Assembly (NCBI RefSeq): GCF_032062105.1
Contig: NW_026924102.1
Span: forward strand, 124,001-188,000
Source: Saccostrea cucullata
Lineage: Eukaryota
Direction: 5' to 3'
Length of the DNA stretch: 64,000 bases
Below the pieces are notes generated by a model. That model saw only the letters and a program-made list of their open reading frames with translations, did not search any database and had not been told where the DNA came from. Positions 18,857 through 31,456 of this stretch are shown here, one piece after another. Numbering within the stretch: position 1 is the first letter of the stretch; every line of letters begins with the position of its first letter. The position numbers and the translations under genes are program-made.

Positions 18857-19224
18857 TGTCTCTATGGGAGATCAGACGACTGTGAACGATTCGATTGGAA
18901 ACAGACCTTTTAATCAAAAACTTAACTCTCTTGTTTACCACGTGACCAAATAACAACACACTGATTTGAAATACAATAGACTTTTATTTACGGAATAATG
19001 ACAAGATTTAAACATATACGAGAATACGGTGACAAGATTCAAACATATATAAAAAAAATACGGTATCATGACAAGATTCATATTGGAAAAATGTCAAACT
19101 CGTTCATAGTCTTTCTTCTCACAGCGAGGTTCATTGTTTCACCGAAAATCAAAGGTTCTCATGTCCACGTCTTTCGTTTTCCCACCGTTTTTTGACTTGT
19201 TCACCATTTTCCCGTCTTCCGATT

Positions 19225-19734
19225 TCACCAATTTTCGTAATCGTTTGGATTACAAGTCGCACATCGCAACATTCCGACTTGATTCAGGTGGTCGTCTCGA
19301 TCGTAACAGAGCACCGTGGTCTCCAGTTCCGGTAGATTTTTTTCGATGTTTTCCCAGTTCGACTTTAAAGTGCGATATTCCTCCGGTCTCAAACAAAGTC
19401 CTTTCTTTGTCGGCACGATCTCACTTTGCTTTGGTGGCCTCCAGTATTGCCGGATGTCCACGCACGGGTTCCATTCCTTTACGGTTACATACACGTTATA
19501 ACCCAGGTGCCAATCCCCTTCTTCGTGCTTTTTCATCGTTTCTTCGATGCTCTCCCATTTGTCTGACAACGATTTTATCTGATGCAATTTCAGACTGATT
19601 CCTTTTTTGGTAGGTTTCATGGTGCGATCTCCCATTTCCCATTCTCGTATGTCGAGTCTGGGTTCATTTTGCCATGTCTGTACTCTGGCATATCTACCGT
19701 TTTCTAGGGCTACAGATAATCGTGGATCTGACAT
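19225..19734 (-). CDS. Tandem PC4/Sub1 ssDNA-binding domain protein
   Basis: Two copies of Y..V..W.....DIR.W/Y...PTKKG..L; C-terminal C...H......C..C. ATG 19734 lies downstream of TATA 19793 and Inr 19763. Confidence 0.9.
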   Translation of the reverse strand: MSDPRLSVALENGRYARVQTWQNEPRLDIREWEMGDRTMKPTKKGISLKLHQIKSLSDKWESIEETMKKHEEGDWHLGYNVYVTVKEWNPCVDIRQYWRPPKQSEIVPTKKGLCLRPEEYRTLKSNWENIEKNLPELETTVLCYDRDDHLNQVGMLRCATCNPNDYENW

Positions 19735-19859
19735 GTTGTCGCTATCACGTTTGTTTCTCAAATGACGAAAAAGTACAACCCATCTTCTATATAAACGTCT
19801 CCCCAATGACACGTCATAGAAAACCCAAGACATCCCACGTGGTCTGTTCAGGTCACTAC

Positions 19860-20214
19860 TCCATTGTTGTCACTCACGGTAATGTCTCCTTTAGGTCAAC
19901 AAGAGGTCATCCATGACCTTACCCCATTGTTCTCTGACACCGTCATGTCTCCTCCGGGTCACGGTGAAGTCGTCCATAACCTAGCTTCCTTGTTCTTCCC
20001 CCCTCGCCTTACAATAGAGGGGGATAATCCGGATCATCCTCCCATTGTCCTCCCCCTTGTTCTCCCCAACAATAAATCCCCTTGTTTACCCCCTCCATTG
20101 TCCCCCCTTACAATAGAGGGGGGATAATCCGGATCATCCTCCCATTGTTCTCCCCATTGTTCTCCCTAACAATAGACCCATTGTTTACCCCCCCTATATG
20201 TCGGTTATACTACT
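19860..20214. repeat. Right terminal inverted repeat region with subterminal duplications of about 63 bp and 99 bp; candidate 6-bp TSD GAGGAG at 20215-20220
   Basis: CCTTACAATAGAGGGGGATAATCCGGATCATCCTCCCATTG twice; multiple CCATTGT; terminal ACTACT. Confidence 0.8.
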
Positions 20215-21169
20215 GAGGAGGTGCAGTACATATTTTTTAATTTTGTTGATTTTTCTTATTCATTTCATTTGAATATCTACAACATATGCTTTTTAAATAT
20301 ATTTTTACAAATGTTTTCCATGAGAAATGTGCCGATTTGCATCTAAAATGGTTTGAATAAATTTGTAATATGCATTCGATGGATATGTAAACTTTATCTT
20401 AAACTTTGTAAGTTAATCCAAGTATTTTTACTATGAATTTCAAACAATGTATTAATTGTATTTTTTTATTTTCCACAGGCAAATATTTATATATGAAAGA
20501 AAGTACATTTCTATTACTTGTACATTTTCTTTTTTTCCAAAAGAATTGAATACATGTAATTGATATGTAATTTAAAAAATATTTACGCTCTAAATCTTAA
20601 AAAAGTTTAAGAGTAAAATTTTACAGTATATCAAAGTATTAAAAACAAGAGTATACTATGATAAACTATTATAGCTAACTATATTATATGGTTAATTTTT
20701 TGTTAGGGTTATTATGAAATAATGCGTACCTGAAAATATCGACTGTGAAGATTGTTTCCTATTTCAGATTCAGATCCCAGCGGTCGCTAAACTATGTCGA
20801 CACCATGGCTCTACCTCATATTTATGATCAGCCAATCAGTGACTCTGTACCATCTTCGTATGTCACTCTTCAAGATGAATTGTCGAAAAATGACCCCCTG
20901 GTAAAAAAGAGTGACTATTTGGAAATCATTTAAAGCAACTGATGCGTATGACTAGGAACATTTTTGTGTATGATTCTTCGTTCTGTGTTTTATGTTTTGT
21001 ACATGTACGAGGGTTGTTCGAAAAGTTCGTGGACGATGTCAATCTTCGTTACATTACTCACTAGAAATTTAAAATAAGCACAATATAATCTGTAAAAAAT
21101 ATTTGTTTTGTTGATGTGTGAAGTTTCATTCCATTCGATTTAACAGAAATCAATCCAATTCATTTTAAA

Positions 21170-24100
21170 ACTAGTGCTAATTGTAACGGGAACCGTTACA
21201 GATGTTCCCCAAACGCTCCCCAACTCCCTTTTGGTGCCATATCCCTGTAAGCTTCATTAGATAAGACTATATATTAACGCATTCAGTCCAAAAGTATTAA
21301 AAATCACTCATTTAAGTGAATTTTTAATTTCACTCGTTCCAAAGGCACGCACGTGCGTGCACGTACATGATGACTATTCCTTCTTGTAGAAGTTCCTTAT
21401 ATTTATCTATGTTCTAAATCCCATCCTGTTTGGTTGAAAAAACAAAGGAGTTATAGCCATTTTAAGTTTCAGCCAATCACATTGCAGCACACATGCATGG
21501 GCGTGATTTCATGATTTTTTTTCTATATCATATTGTAGGATATCCTAATGTATGACAATGATTTAAATTTCAAAGCATTTCATCAAAAAAGAAAGGAGAT
21601 ATAGCTATTTAAAGTTTCAACCAATCAGATTGCAGCACACGTCCATGCGCATGATTTCTTGGATTTTTTTTGTATATCATATTGCAGGATATCCTAATGC
21701 ATGACAATGTTTTAAATTTGAAAACATTTCGTCAAAAAAACAAAGGAGATATAGCCATTTAAAGTTCCAGCCAATCAGATTGCAGCACACGTGCATGCGC
21801 GTGATTTCTTGAAATGTTTTGTATATCATATTACAGTTAATCCTAATGTATGACTATGTTTTAAATTTCAAGGCATTTCGTCAAGAATAATAGGATATAT
21901 AGCCTTTTAAAGTTTCAGCCAATCAGATTGCAGCACACGTGTTTGCGCGTGATTTCTTGAAATGTTTTGTATATCCTATTACAGGATATCCTAATGTATG
22001 ACTATATTTTAAATTTTGAAGCATTTCGTCAAGAAACAAAGGAGATATAGCCTTTTAAAGTTTCAGCCAATCAGATTGCAGCACACGTGCATGCGCGTGA
22101 TTTCATGAAATTTTTTCCATATTATATTGTAGGATATCCTAATTCATGACAATGTTAAAAATGTCAAAACATTTCGTCAAAAAACAAAAGAGATATTGAG
22201 ATTTTTGTTTCAGCCAATCAGAGGAAGGCACACGTGCATGCGCGTGAGTTCATGCTAATTTGACAGTGTCATATTATTAACAGTTTTAATATATCCTTAA
22301 GTAATGAGTTTCAAAGCATTTCATCAAAAATGTAAAAGTTATAGCCATATTAAGTATATCAGTCAATTCACTCATTTCACGCGCACGCACGTGCAGGCGT
22401 ATGCGCGCAAAATGACCTTCGTTCCGCACACCTACACTACACACCTATTAACCCTAAAAAGGTTTTAGCTCAGTTGGGTGAACAGTTTCTGAGAACACTC
22501 GCGGACAAAAAAGTACCGGAGAACAAATAAGAAAAAAAATAATAATAATAATAACTAGGGCTAATTGTAACGGGGACCGTTACAGATGTTCCCCAAACGC
22601 TCCCCAACTCCCTTTTGGTGCCACATTTCTTTCAGCTCTATTAGATAAGACATACTTTGTGCAATTTAGACTTAAACAACGTTTTCCCAGAAGACTACAA
22701 AATATATTTAAATTTAAGCATGACATGCGAGTTCATGTGAATGCATGTGGGTAATGATCATATCATCTTTTCTACACTATGTATATATATTCAAAGAGAC
22801 TTAATATCAAAGCATTTAATCCAGAAGTATTAAAAAATACACTTATTCAAGCATATTTTAATTTTACTCATTTCACGTGCACACACGGTCAAGCATGTGC
22901 ATGATGACCATACCTTCTTGTAGGGGACCATTATGTCTATCAATATTCTAAATACCGTCCTATTTCTTTGAAAACCAAGGAAGTTATAACCATTTAAAGT
23001 TTAAGCCAATTAGATTTCAGCGCACGTGCATGCGTGTGATTTAATGACAATTGTTATATATCATATTGTAGGACATCCTATTGTATGCTTATGTTTTAAA
23101 TTTCAAAGCATTTCGTCTAAAAACGGAAAAGATATTGAGATTTTTGTTTTTTTTCAGCCAATCAGAGTGAAGAACACGTGCACGCACGTGCATGACGACC
23201 ATACCATCTTGTTGGAGTCTATTATGTCTGTCTATGTTCTAAATCCCATCCTGTTTGGTTGAAAAACAAGGGAGTTATAGCCATTTAAAGTTTAAGCCAA
23301 TCAGATTGCAGCGCACGTGCATGCGCATGTTTTTACGACAACTGTTATATATCATATTGTAGGTAATCCTAATACATGACTATGTTTAAAATTTCAAAGC
23401 ATTTCGTCAAAAATTAAAAAAGATATTGCGATTTTTGTTTCAGCCAATCGCAGCAAAGCACACGTGCACGCACGTGCATGCATGTGCATGACAATTACAC
23501 CACCTTGTAGGAGTCCATTATGTCTGTCTATGTTCTAAATCCCATACTGTTTGGTTGAAAAACAAAGGAGTTATAGCCATTTAAAGTTTAAGCCAATCAG
23601 ATTGCAGAGCACGTGCATGCGCGTGTTTACATGACAATTGTTATATATCATATTGTAGTGCATCCTAAAGTATGCCTATGTTTTAAATTTCATAGCATTT
23701 TGTCAAAAAACAGAAAAGATATTGAGCTTTTTGTTTCAGCCAATCAGAGCGAAGCGCACGTGCATGCGCGTGAGTTCGTGCTAATTTGACAGTGTCACAT
23801 TATCTACAGTATTAATATATCTTTATAAAATGAGTTTCAAATCATTTCATAAAAAAATGTAAAAGTAATAGCTATAGTAAGTATATCAGTCAATTCACTC
23901 ATTTCACGCGCACGCACGTGCATGCGTGTGCGCGCAAAATGACCTTCGTTCCGCACACCTACACTACACACCTATTAACCCTAAAAAGGTTTTAGCTCAG
24001 TTGGGTGAACAGTTTCTGAGAACACTCGCGGACAAAAAAAGTACCGGAGAAGAAATAAGAAAAAAAATAATAATAATAATAAGAAACAGAGTAAAAACAA

Positions 24101-24183
24101 TATGTTCCCAAACTCCGTTTGGGGAACATAATAAGAAACAGAGTAAAAACAATATGTTCCCAAACTCCGTTTGGGGAACATAA
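21170..24183 (-). mobile_element. Two nested non-autonomous Helentron-type (HINE) elements with internal satellite of about 150 bp
   Basis: Near-identical end CTAGTGCTAATTGTAACGG..CCGTTACAGATGTTCCCC at 21171 and 22555; opposite end ATGTTCCCAAACTCCGTTTGGGGAACAT twice at 24083-24183; (AAT)n microsatellite; repeats CAGCCAATCAGATTGCAGCACACGTG. Confidence 0.85.
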
Positions 24184-25439
24184 TCAACATGTTTTGTACC
24201 CGCGGAGCACACCTTACGGTAATGTAACGTCAACACATGACGTCAAGAATTTCTAATAAATGTTATCCCTATACATTTCACGCAGTATAATCCAATGCCC
24301 AATCATGAGATCCCTTTTCTAATACTCGATATTTATTTTTTAAGAATTGCTCTTGTTGTATAATTTACTTTGTTAGGTTTTATTTTCTTTTATTACTTAA
24401 CTCTGCTTTCAGAGGATAAGCAGCTCTCAAATGCCTATGTCTTTCCTTGACATTCCAACTTTTAAAAGTTTTTGTTCAGATTTTTACAGTTAATTAAACG
24501 GTTTCTCCACAGATTGTCCTCATTCGATATATAGTCTATGTCACTCATATACTGCCTGTACTATTTCTACACACATGCACAACTCGCTTGTGACATATTT
24601 TCGTGATTCCTCCAAATTTTTAGAGTTTATTCAGGATTTTTCATGAATAAAACACAAAATAGCATCGTTATCTGCTGCAGCATGACGTTTGAAAACGTCA
24701 TCGTTTTTGTCGTTTTCAATGAGGACTCCCTATTTTCTCAAGTTAATTTCTTTTCAACGAAGCAAAATATTAAGCCATAATTTGGAATACAAATCGATGT
24801 GACAGTTCTTGATTATAATTTCTACGGTAGGTTCTTTGCGTTTTTGCTCGATTTTACAGAGAATATGACCACAGACATTATTTAGTGTATTGTTTGTAAC
24901 TTACTAAATTTTGACCTGCTCCACGATCTGATTTTTGCATTTTTAAATTCTGGATAAGTTTTTAATAAATCGTGATATAAAAAAAATGAATACAAATCGT
25001 TTGGATTTATTGTTAGAATACATGTATTTCTACCAAATTTGAATAGCATATGACGTTAAATGAAAAAGATATGACTCGGGCTTCACAGGATTTGATCAAC
25101 TAAAAGTTCATTTCCCAGTGAACTTTTTAACATTGTTGTTTATTTCTTAATTGTACTTACATTTGAAGATGTATATATAATAAGTATTTCAAAGTGTTAT
25201 TTTTGAAATTCGTAGAAATAAATACTTTATTTAAGTGCATTGAACCAAAATATATATTTTTAAAAATGATATCTTTAGAGGCTCTAAGTGAAGAACGATA
25301 ATGCGTTTAATATAAAGTCATAAACATGACCTAAGATACTGAAGCATGTACTTTGAAAATGAGTCCTTAACAATATTATATACTATTCTATCAAACAGGC
25401 AGTGAGCATTATTTTCTTAATCAAAGTACACCCCTCATG

Positions 25440-25560
25440 CACAGGGGCCAGTAACATGCTAAAAATTTATGTAATGACTATTTATATACAAAAAAGACTT
25501 TTTTTTGTATATAAATAGTCATTACATAAATTCAAATTTAGCATGTTACTGGCCCCTGTG
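25440..25560. mobile_element. 121-bp foldback MITE, CA..TG ends, 8-bp TSD CCCTCATG (P- or hAT-type)
   Basis: Near-perfect palindrome flanked by CCCTCATG at 25432-25439 and 25561-25568. Confidence 0.85.
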
Positions 25561-26199
25561 CCCTCATGTCGTTTAGAGTCGGAGTAATTCTTAGAAGGAT
25601 TTCTTTCGTTGTCTTAGATTACTAAACTATAATATACAATTATATCAAAAACTATGAAAGTATTTTTGGTATTCTTGTATTCTTAGTTGTTGTTTTATAC
25701 CTTACTCAAAACGAAATAATTTTGCTGATCTTCAGTTTAACAAAAATGTCAAAGAATTGTACAAATCTCGAGGAATGTAACCAATTTCCTAAGTTACGTC
25801 ATGAAAACCTTGAGTCAATGTCTACTGTCTCTAATAGGTCTGTCAGCTTGTCATATGGCACACCTCTTCGATCGTGTTGAACCTGGTGATGCTTTCAGTA
25901 GCTGACTGAGATTGAAAAAAGGAGAACTTGGGGCCTTTAAATAAATGGAACCTGTAACTTGGGAAACACTGAACAGAATATATGTACCATCCGTCTACAG
26001 GTTCCGGGGGGGGGGGGTTCATAGGGTTAGCAGCCATATCAAGTAGAAATTCTCTATGCTCAGATTTGAGAAACTAGAGCAGCAGACGAATTTCTACAAT
26101 GTATTCTGGGAGAAACCTCACCTAGAGGTCATCAGATTGGAAACCAGTCAGTTGAAAGGTCTCCTTACAATAAAAGCAGTAACAAGGATAGGAATATGC

Positions 26200-28020
26200 G
26201 AACCATGTTTGAAACTAGGAAGGCAGTCCAGGCAGCAAGAGAGACGGGGAGGACAACATCCAACTACTAGTACTCGGAATGTGTGAGAGCAGGTGTATTG
26301 GTATCGGAAAGTCTTCACTAACGAGTGGTAAAAAGATCATCTACTCTGGACATCCAGTGGAAAACCATGAACTCACTGAAAGAGTTGCAATCACGATGCC
26401 TTCAGCTTCAGCGAAGGCACTGATTGAATGGGAAACAATTTCAACAAGGATTATGATAGCAAGATTCCACCCAAAAGGAAGAGAACTGTAATCCAAAAAC
26501 TGCAGGCAGCTGTGGAAAAGGGCATCAAAACGAGACATCAAAATCTTGATGGGTGACTTGGGTACTAGGATACTTGAAGCAAACATTGGGAAAGAGCTCA
26601 TCATGGGCAACCACTGCCAACCAGGCACTTGGACACATTAATGAAAAGTTATTTCCAGATTTTTGTACGTTCAATGACCTTATGATATGAAATGTCTACA
26701 AGCATAAAACATCCACAGAGATTTCGGTTTGGAAAACCCTGAGCTAGCTGATAAACTTCATTCTATTCATTACTATCTGATACGCAATTAAGAAAAGGGG
26801 ATGATGTAACTCAGACCACCATCTAGTTCTTGGCACCATTAGAGTCATGTTAACCTTCAAGGACAACAGTGATAGATCACACATCAAGTTAAATACTCAA
26901 AGACTTCAGAAAAAAAAAAAGATACCAGGAACACCTTTGCCATCATCCTGAAAAACAGTTTACAATGTCGAGATACCCTCAGAAGAATATCAAGAATCAA
27001 GAGATACCCATAGAAGAACACCGGAACTTCATCAAAGACAACTGGAAAGACAGATGTGAAGAGATCCTAGGGAAAAGAGATAAGCAAGACAAGATTTATA
27101 GCTTTCTTGTGACACAAGGAATCTGGTAGGAAAAAAGAGAAAACTTCTAAGACAGCAGCATATCAGCTATGAGGGAGAGCGAGATACACTATTCTAATCA
27201 ATAAAGTAAAGAAAAATGCAAGGAGAAATAATTAAAAGACACTTCTATAATACACCCAGAGAAGCTGAGGAAGCAGCAGAGAAGATAGATATACATAATC
27301 ATGTACAAAAACACAAGAACCCTGGGAATATAACACCACACCACCTAGCCAGTAAAAGAACAGGCAGACATCTCAATTACAATGGAGGAAGACCAGAAAA
27401 GCACTGGGCAGAACAATTCAGAGAACTCCAAAATTGCCCAACATTTGAATCACCAAACATACCACCAGCAGACTTTTATCTAGCAGGAATCACCGCACCT
27501 CACACAAGGGCTAAAGTTGGAAGACAGCTAGGCCTGATAAAATACCCAAACTAAAGATATAAAGATTTCAACAGATATAATACTACCTCTCTTGCAGAAG
27601 ATCTGATCAGAGGGGAAGGTACTGGCTGACTTGATCATTATTTTAATGATACTCGAAGCGCGTCTGCAAGGAGACTGAGACAATGCAAGAACAGGCATAG
27701 CATCATGCTTCTCTCTGTCTTTACTCTTTAAAAACAAAATTCTGACAAGAATAATACTGGAAAGTCTTAAGACTTTGTCTAGAACAGGCGGATTTTAGAA
27801 AGGACAAGTTCTGTCCAGATGAGATCGTCAATCTCTGTATAATAATTGAACGGTGAGTCATCTGGAACCTACTCTAGCATTATGGAACACCACTACCTTC
27901 ATCAATCTCATACAGCAATTGTATGACGAGCTAGGCTTTATGCCAAGTCATCCACACCGGTAAGCTTACAGAAGCTTTTGAAGTATAGACAGGGGTAAGA
28001 CAAGCTTTAAGGCTGTATAT
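26200..28020 (+). pseudogene. Degenerate non-LTR retrotransposon (RTE-like) APE endonuclease plus RT remnant
   Basis: Fragments GKKIIYSGH, ALIEWETISTRIMIARF, IKILMGD, QADFRK/GFRK, AFEV*TGVRQ with many stops and frameshifts. Confidence 0.7.
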
Positions 28021-28179
28021 ATACATGTATTGGATGATTTTCCAAGTGAGGTTGGACTGAATCATGCGGGAAACTACAAGAAATTGCAAGATCGTGCGAG
28101 AAACTACACGAAATGGCAAGACTGGAATCCTTTGGACACTACCACCGAAAAACTTCAAACTTTGAAACCGTTCACGGTA

Positions 28180-29060
28180 CCTGAGGTCTTTGGAGACCAG
28201 GTCTTCCAACAATCTATTGGAATTCCCATGGGAACCAATTGCGCTCCTTTATTAGCAGACCTATTTTTGTATTCATATGAAGCAGAATTTATGCAAAATC
28301 TTATGCGTGAAAAGAAGAAAACACTTGCTGTGGCCTTCAACTCGACCTTCAGATATATCGACGACCTATTGTCAATTAACAATCGTAATTTCCATTCCTA
28401 CGTCGATACGATATATCCAGGAGAGCTTGAGATAAAAGATACCACAGAGTCTGACATATCTGTTTCATACTTGGATATTTTACTTGAAAAAAGACGTTAA
28501 TGGTAACCTAACAACCAATTATATGATAAACGTGACGACTTTACTTTTCTATCGTCAACTTCCCTTACTTATGCAGCAATATACCTTCATCACCTGCATA
28601 CAGAGTGTATATATCTCAGTTGATTCGATACGCAAGAGCATTCTCTACGTATGAACAATTTCTAAACCGAGGTAAATTATAAATTGACAAGCAAGTTGAT
28701 GAATCAAGAATATCAGCAGTCTCGTTTAAAGTCATCATTTCGTAAGTTCTTTGGTCGATACAATGACCTTGTCAGCAAAATTTTTCAATACAATTTATCA
28801 TTGAGTCAAATGCTGACTGACATTTTTCATACAAATTGTTAGTCCATTATTTATACACTGAATTGACGACGAATTTTTCCGTTATTTCACGATCATGACA
28901 ATCAGCACACGGTGGGTGTGACCGGTCAGCAGGGGATGCTCACTCCTCCATGGCACCTGATCCCACCTCTGATGTTTCGGAGGTCCGTGTTTGCTCTGCT
29001 CCTATTTTGTATTGTTTTATGGACTTTGATATTGAATACTGTTCGTTATCTCCATATCCT
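28180..29060 (+). pseudogene. 5'-truncated Penelope-like element RT fragment with 3' tail
   Basis: FQQSIGIPMGTNCAPLLADLFLYSYE...FRYIDD, frameshifted downstream. The tail GGGATGCTCACTCCTCCATGGCACCTGATC recurs inverted at about 46350 and 52240. Confidence 0.8.
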
Positions 29061-29063
29061 TCC

Positions 29064-29200
29064 CTCAGTCGGTAGAGCGTTCGCTTCGTGGTTGGGAGTT
29101 TGAATCTCGGCCGAGGCTGACCCAAGTCAATAAAAATGGGTAAAACTGTTCCATGCGCTCGGCACTTTGAAGTGAATGTTGCTGGTCCTTCGGATGGCCC
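29064..29200 (+). mobile_element. tRNA-derived SINE fragment
   Basis: A-box-like CTCAGTCGGTAGAGCG and B-box-like GTTTGAATC. Confidence 0.55.
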
Positions 29201-29612
29201 AGAAGATTGTAGAACGAATGTCTTCGTTCGTCCCACGACGAATCGGAACTGCATCGAAGTTCGTTGGTCCTGCCCAGGGAGTGTCTGATCTCTAACCAAA
29301 GATGGCCTCGTCGGTATTCTGACGACTCTGGTCCTCGTCTTGTCGTTGATCGAGTCCTCTGTTCCAAATACCAGTGGAATTGTTGGCTAATCCTCGTCTA
29401 GGGGGCGACTTAGAGAACTGTCCAAGGCTACTGTCTGGAAATATCCCAGAAACACTGTCAATCACCTGGTTCCAGTCTTGAGAGAAGCCTGGAGGAAACG
29501 TATTCAAAGTTGTCGGGTCTGCTCTTCCTGGGGTCTTTGGATATTTGGAATTTAAATCCTCGCTAAGTAGCTGCGGAGGTGTAATATCTTCAATGTCCGT
29601 AATTTTAGTTAA

Positions 29613-31456
29613 GGCCGGAATTAAAAATATCTTTGTTTCCCCTAACCCGACCCCAAATTCTCAAGTTGGGTCGGTAGGTAGGTAAACAATTTTCTTTTTC
29701 TGACAGCAGCTTTGAAAATACATTCTAAAATTTAATGGAAATTTACCAGTAAATTTCCATTAAAAGTACGAAAGAAAGCAATTTGTGAATAAAATGCTAA
29801 GTATCATCTATAGGCCGTTTAAAAGCAAATTCATGATAAACTGTGGCTGCAGATCTGTAGCGTTATGTTTTTTATTTAATTTGTCTTTGACCATAACGCT
29901 ACAGATCCCGTAATGCAAAAAAAGGTGCAATTTACGGCGCAATATTTTCTACGCTCTTTTGGGGAGAATTTCTCCACTTTCTAGCATTGTTCAGTCAACT
30001 ACCTTTCACTTCCTAATTCTAGACACATTTTGTAGCCAATATGTATATTTTATCCACTTCCCAACCATTTATAGTTGTCTCTACAGGCAATAAACTCACT
30101 TGAAGTGAATTTTCACAGTAATCTAACAAATAATTTTAATCAAGCGAGTTAATCACTTGTAGAGACGACTATAAAGGATTGGGAGATGGATAAATTATAC
30201 AAATTAGTCAAATAATGTGCCTTGAAATAGGGATTGAAAGATAATTAATTGACCGATGCTAAAAAGTGGATAATTCTCCCCAAAAGTGCACAAATAATAT
30301 TGCGCCGTAAATTGCACCTTTTTTGCATAACGGGATCTGTAGCGTTATGGTCAAAGACAAATATATAAAACCATAACGGTACAGATCTGCAGCTAGATAA
30401 ACTGTTATTCAATTGTACTTGTGAAATATTTGAAGCCACAGTACATTTCTATATATCGAATAAAAAAGGCAAGATTCTCAAGTATGCAAAGATCAGAAAT
30501 CCGAGTATATTGTTCAAACCTTCCATCAGCCTCCAGTGCTTATAGACAATCAATTAGCTTTTTTGAGGGGCATGAGATTTGCAGTGGTTCTAGAGCATTT
30601 TGCTTTGGATTAAGAAGTATGTGGCTAATTTTAAGTCGCAGGTTCAAATCTCAGATGAGGAACGTTTAAAACGGTCCCTCAAAAGGGACTATAAAAACTT
30701 ATGTCCAGTGTCGCAGAATATGTTGGCTCAAAAAAGATCCCCACTATATACTAGAGGGCAAAAAAGTGCTGAGTACGTCTGGAGCAATGGGAAAATGTTC
30801 AAATGTCGTCCCAACAAATCTCGAAGGAAAGAAACAACCAATCTTCAATGGCCTAATTAAAGAAAAATACACTGGACGTCTCAGGAAGCTGAATCATTAT
30901 TTATTTGGAAAGAGTATGTAAACAATAATTAATTGAACCAAACGCAATCTACAGTTGATATAAATGCTATATTCAATGTCATAGTCACGAAGTTTAACCC
31001 ATAAATAAAGGCATGAAGAAAGGACATCTAAATTATATTTATCAGGAAAAATATGCAGACATATTTACAACAACTCCTAAGATAAAGTTCCATAATGGCA
31101 TATAGTGAACATAGGAACATAGCTGAACACATTATTCGGCCAAACCTCAAATTAAATAAAATTCAGTGAAATTGAATGATGTGTTCACTAGGTGGGCCCC
31201 TCACCATTGTTTTATGAAGACCTAATTCTCTGTAATCACATCTGTAAGGGCGCCATTTTAACAAATGCTTGAAAATCACAGCAGAACAATCTCAGCAGTT
31301 CTGATAAAAACTGATTTTCATGTAATTATATTTTATGAAACTTGGCTAACAATAAAAATAATATTTGAATCAGCTTGTTTGAAAAATCTTTCCAGTCGGC
31401 ATGATTTAATTGGGTCGGTCGCGTTAGGGGAAACAAAGGTATTTTTTATTTTGGCC
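29613..31456. mobile_element. PIF/Harbinger-type non-autonomous element, TAA TSD
   Basis: TAA-GGCC...TTTGTTTCCCCTAAC..CGACCC and its inverse ...GGCC-TAA. Confidence 0.75.
29844..30395. mobile_element. Mutator-like foldback MITE nested in the PIF element, 9-bp TSD GATAAACTG
   Basis: Long TIRs starting T(G/A)GCTGCAGATCTGTA; TSD at 29835-29843 and 30396-30404. Confidence 0.85.

Larger units (their letters stand above)
1..20214. mobile_element. Polinton/Maverick (adintovirus-like endogenous virus), right part; left end lies outside the window or is lost
   Basis: Full core gene set (pPolB, ATPase, protease, MCP, penton, integrase) as uninterrupted ORFs in a GC-rich block. Right terminus ...GGTTATACTACT at 20214 (5'-AGTAGTATAACC on the other strand), followed by an abrupt switch to AT-rich host DNA. 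No matching left TIR found in 1-6400, so inclusion of that arm is inferred. Confidence 0.93.

Noticed and set aside
21008-24275. Mariner-like MITE enclosing the nested HINEs
   Set aside because: Left end TACGAGGGTTGTTCGAAAAG is suggestive, but the right TIR is too degenerate to support
28910-29000. Hammerhead ribozyme in the Penelope-like tail
   Set aside because: Could not identify a complete CUGANGA/GAAA core with stems by eye
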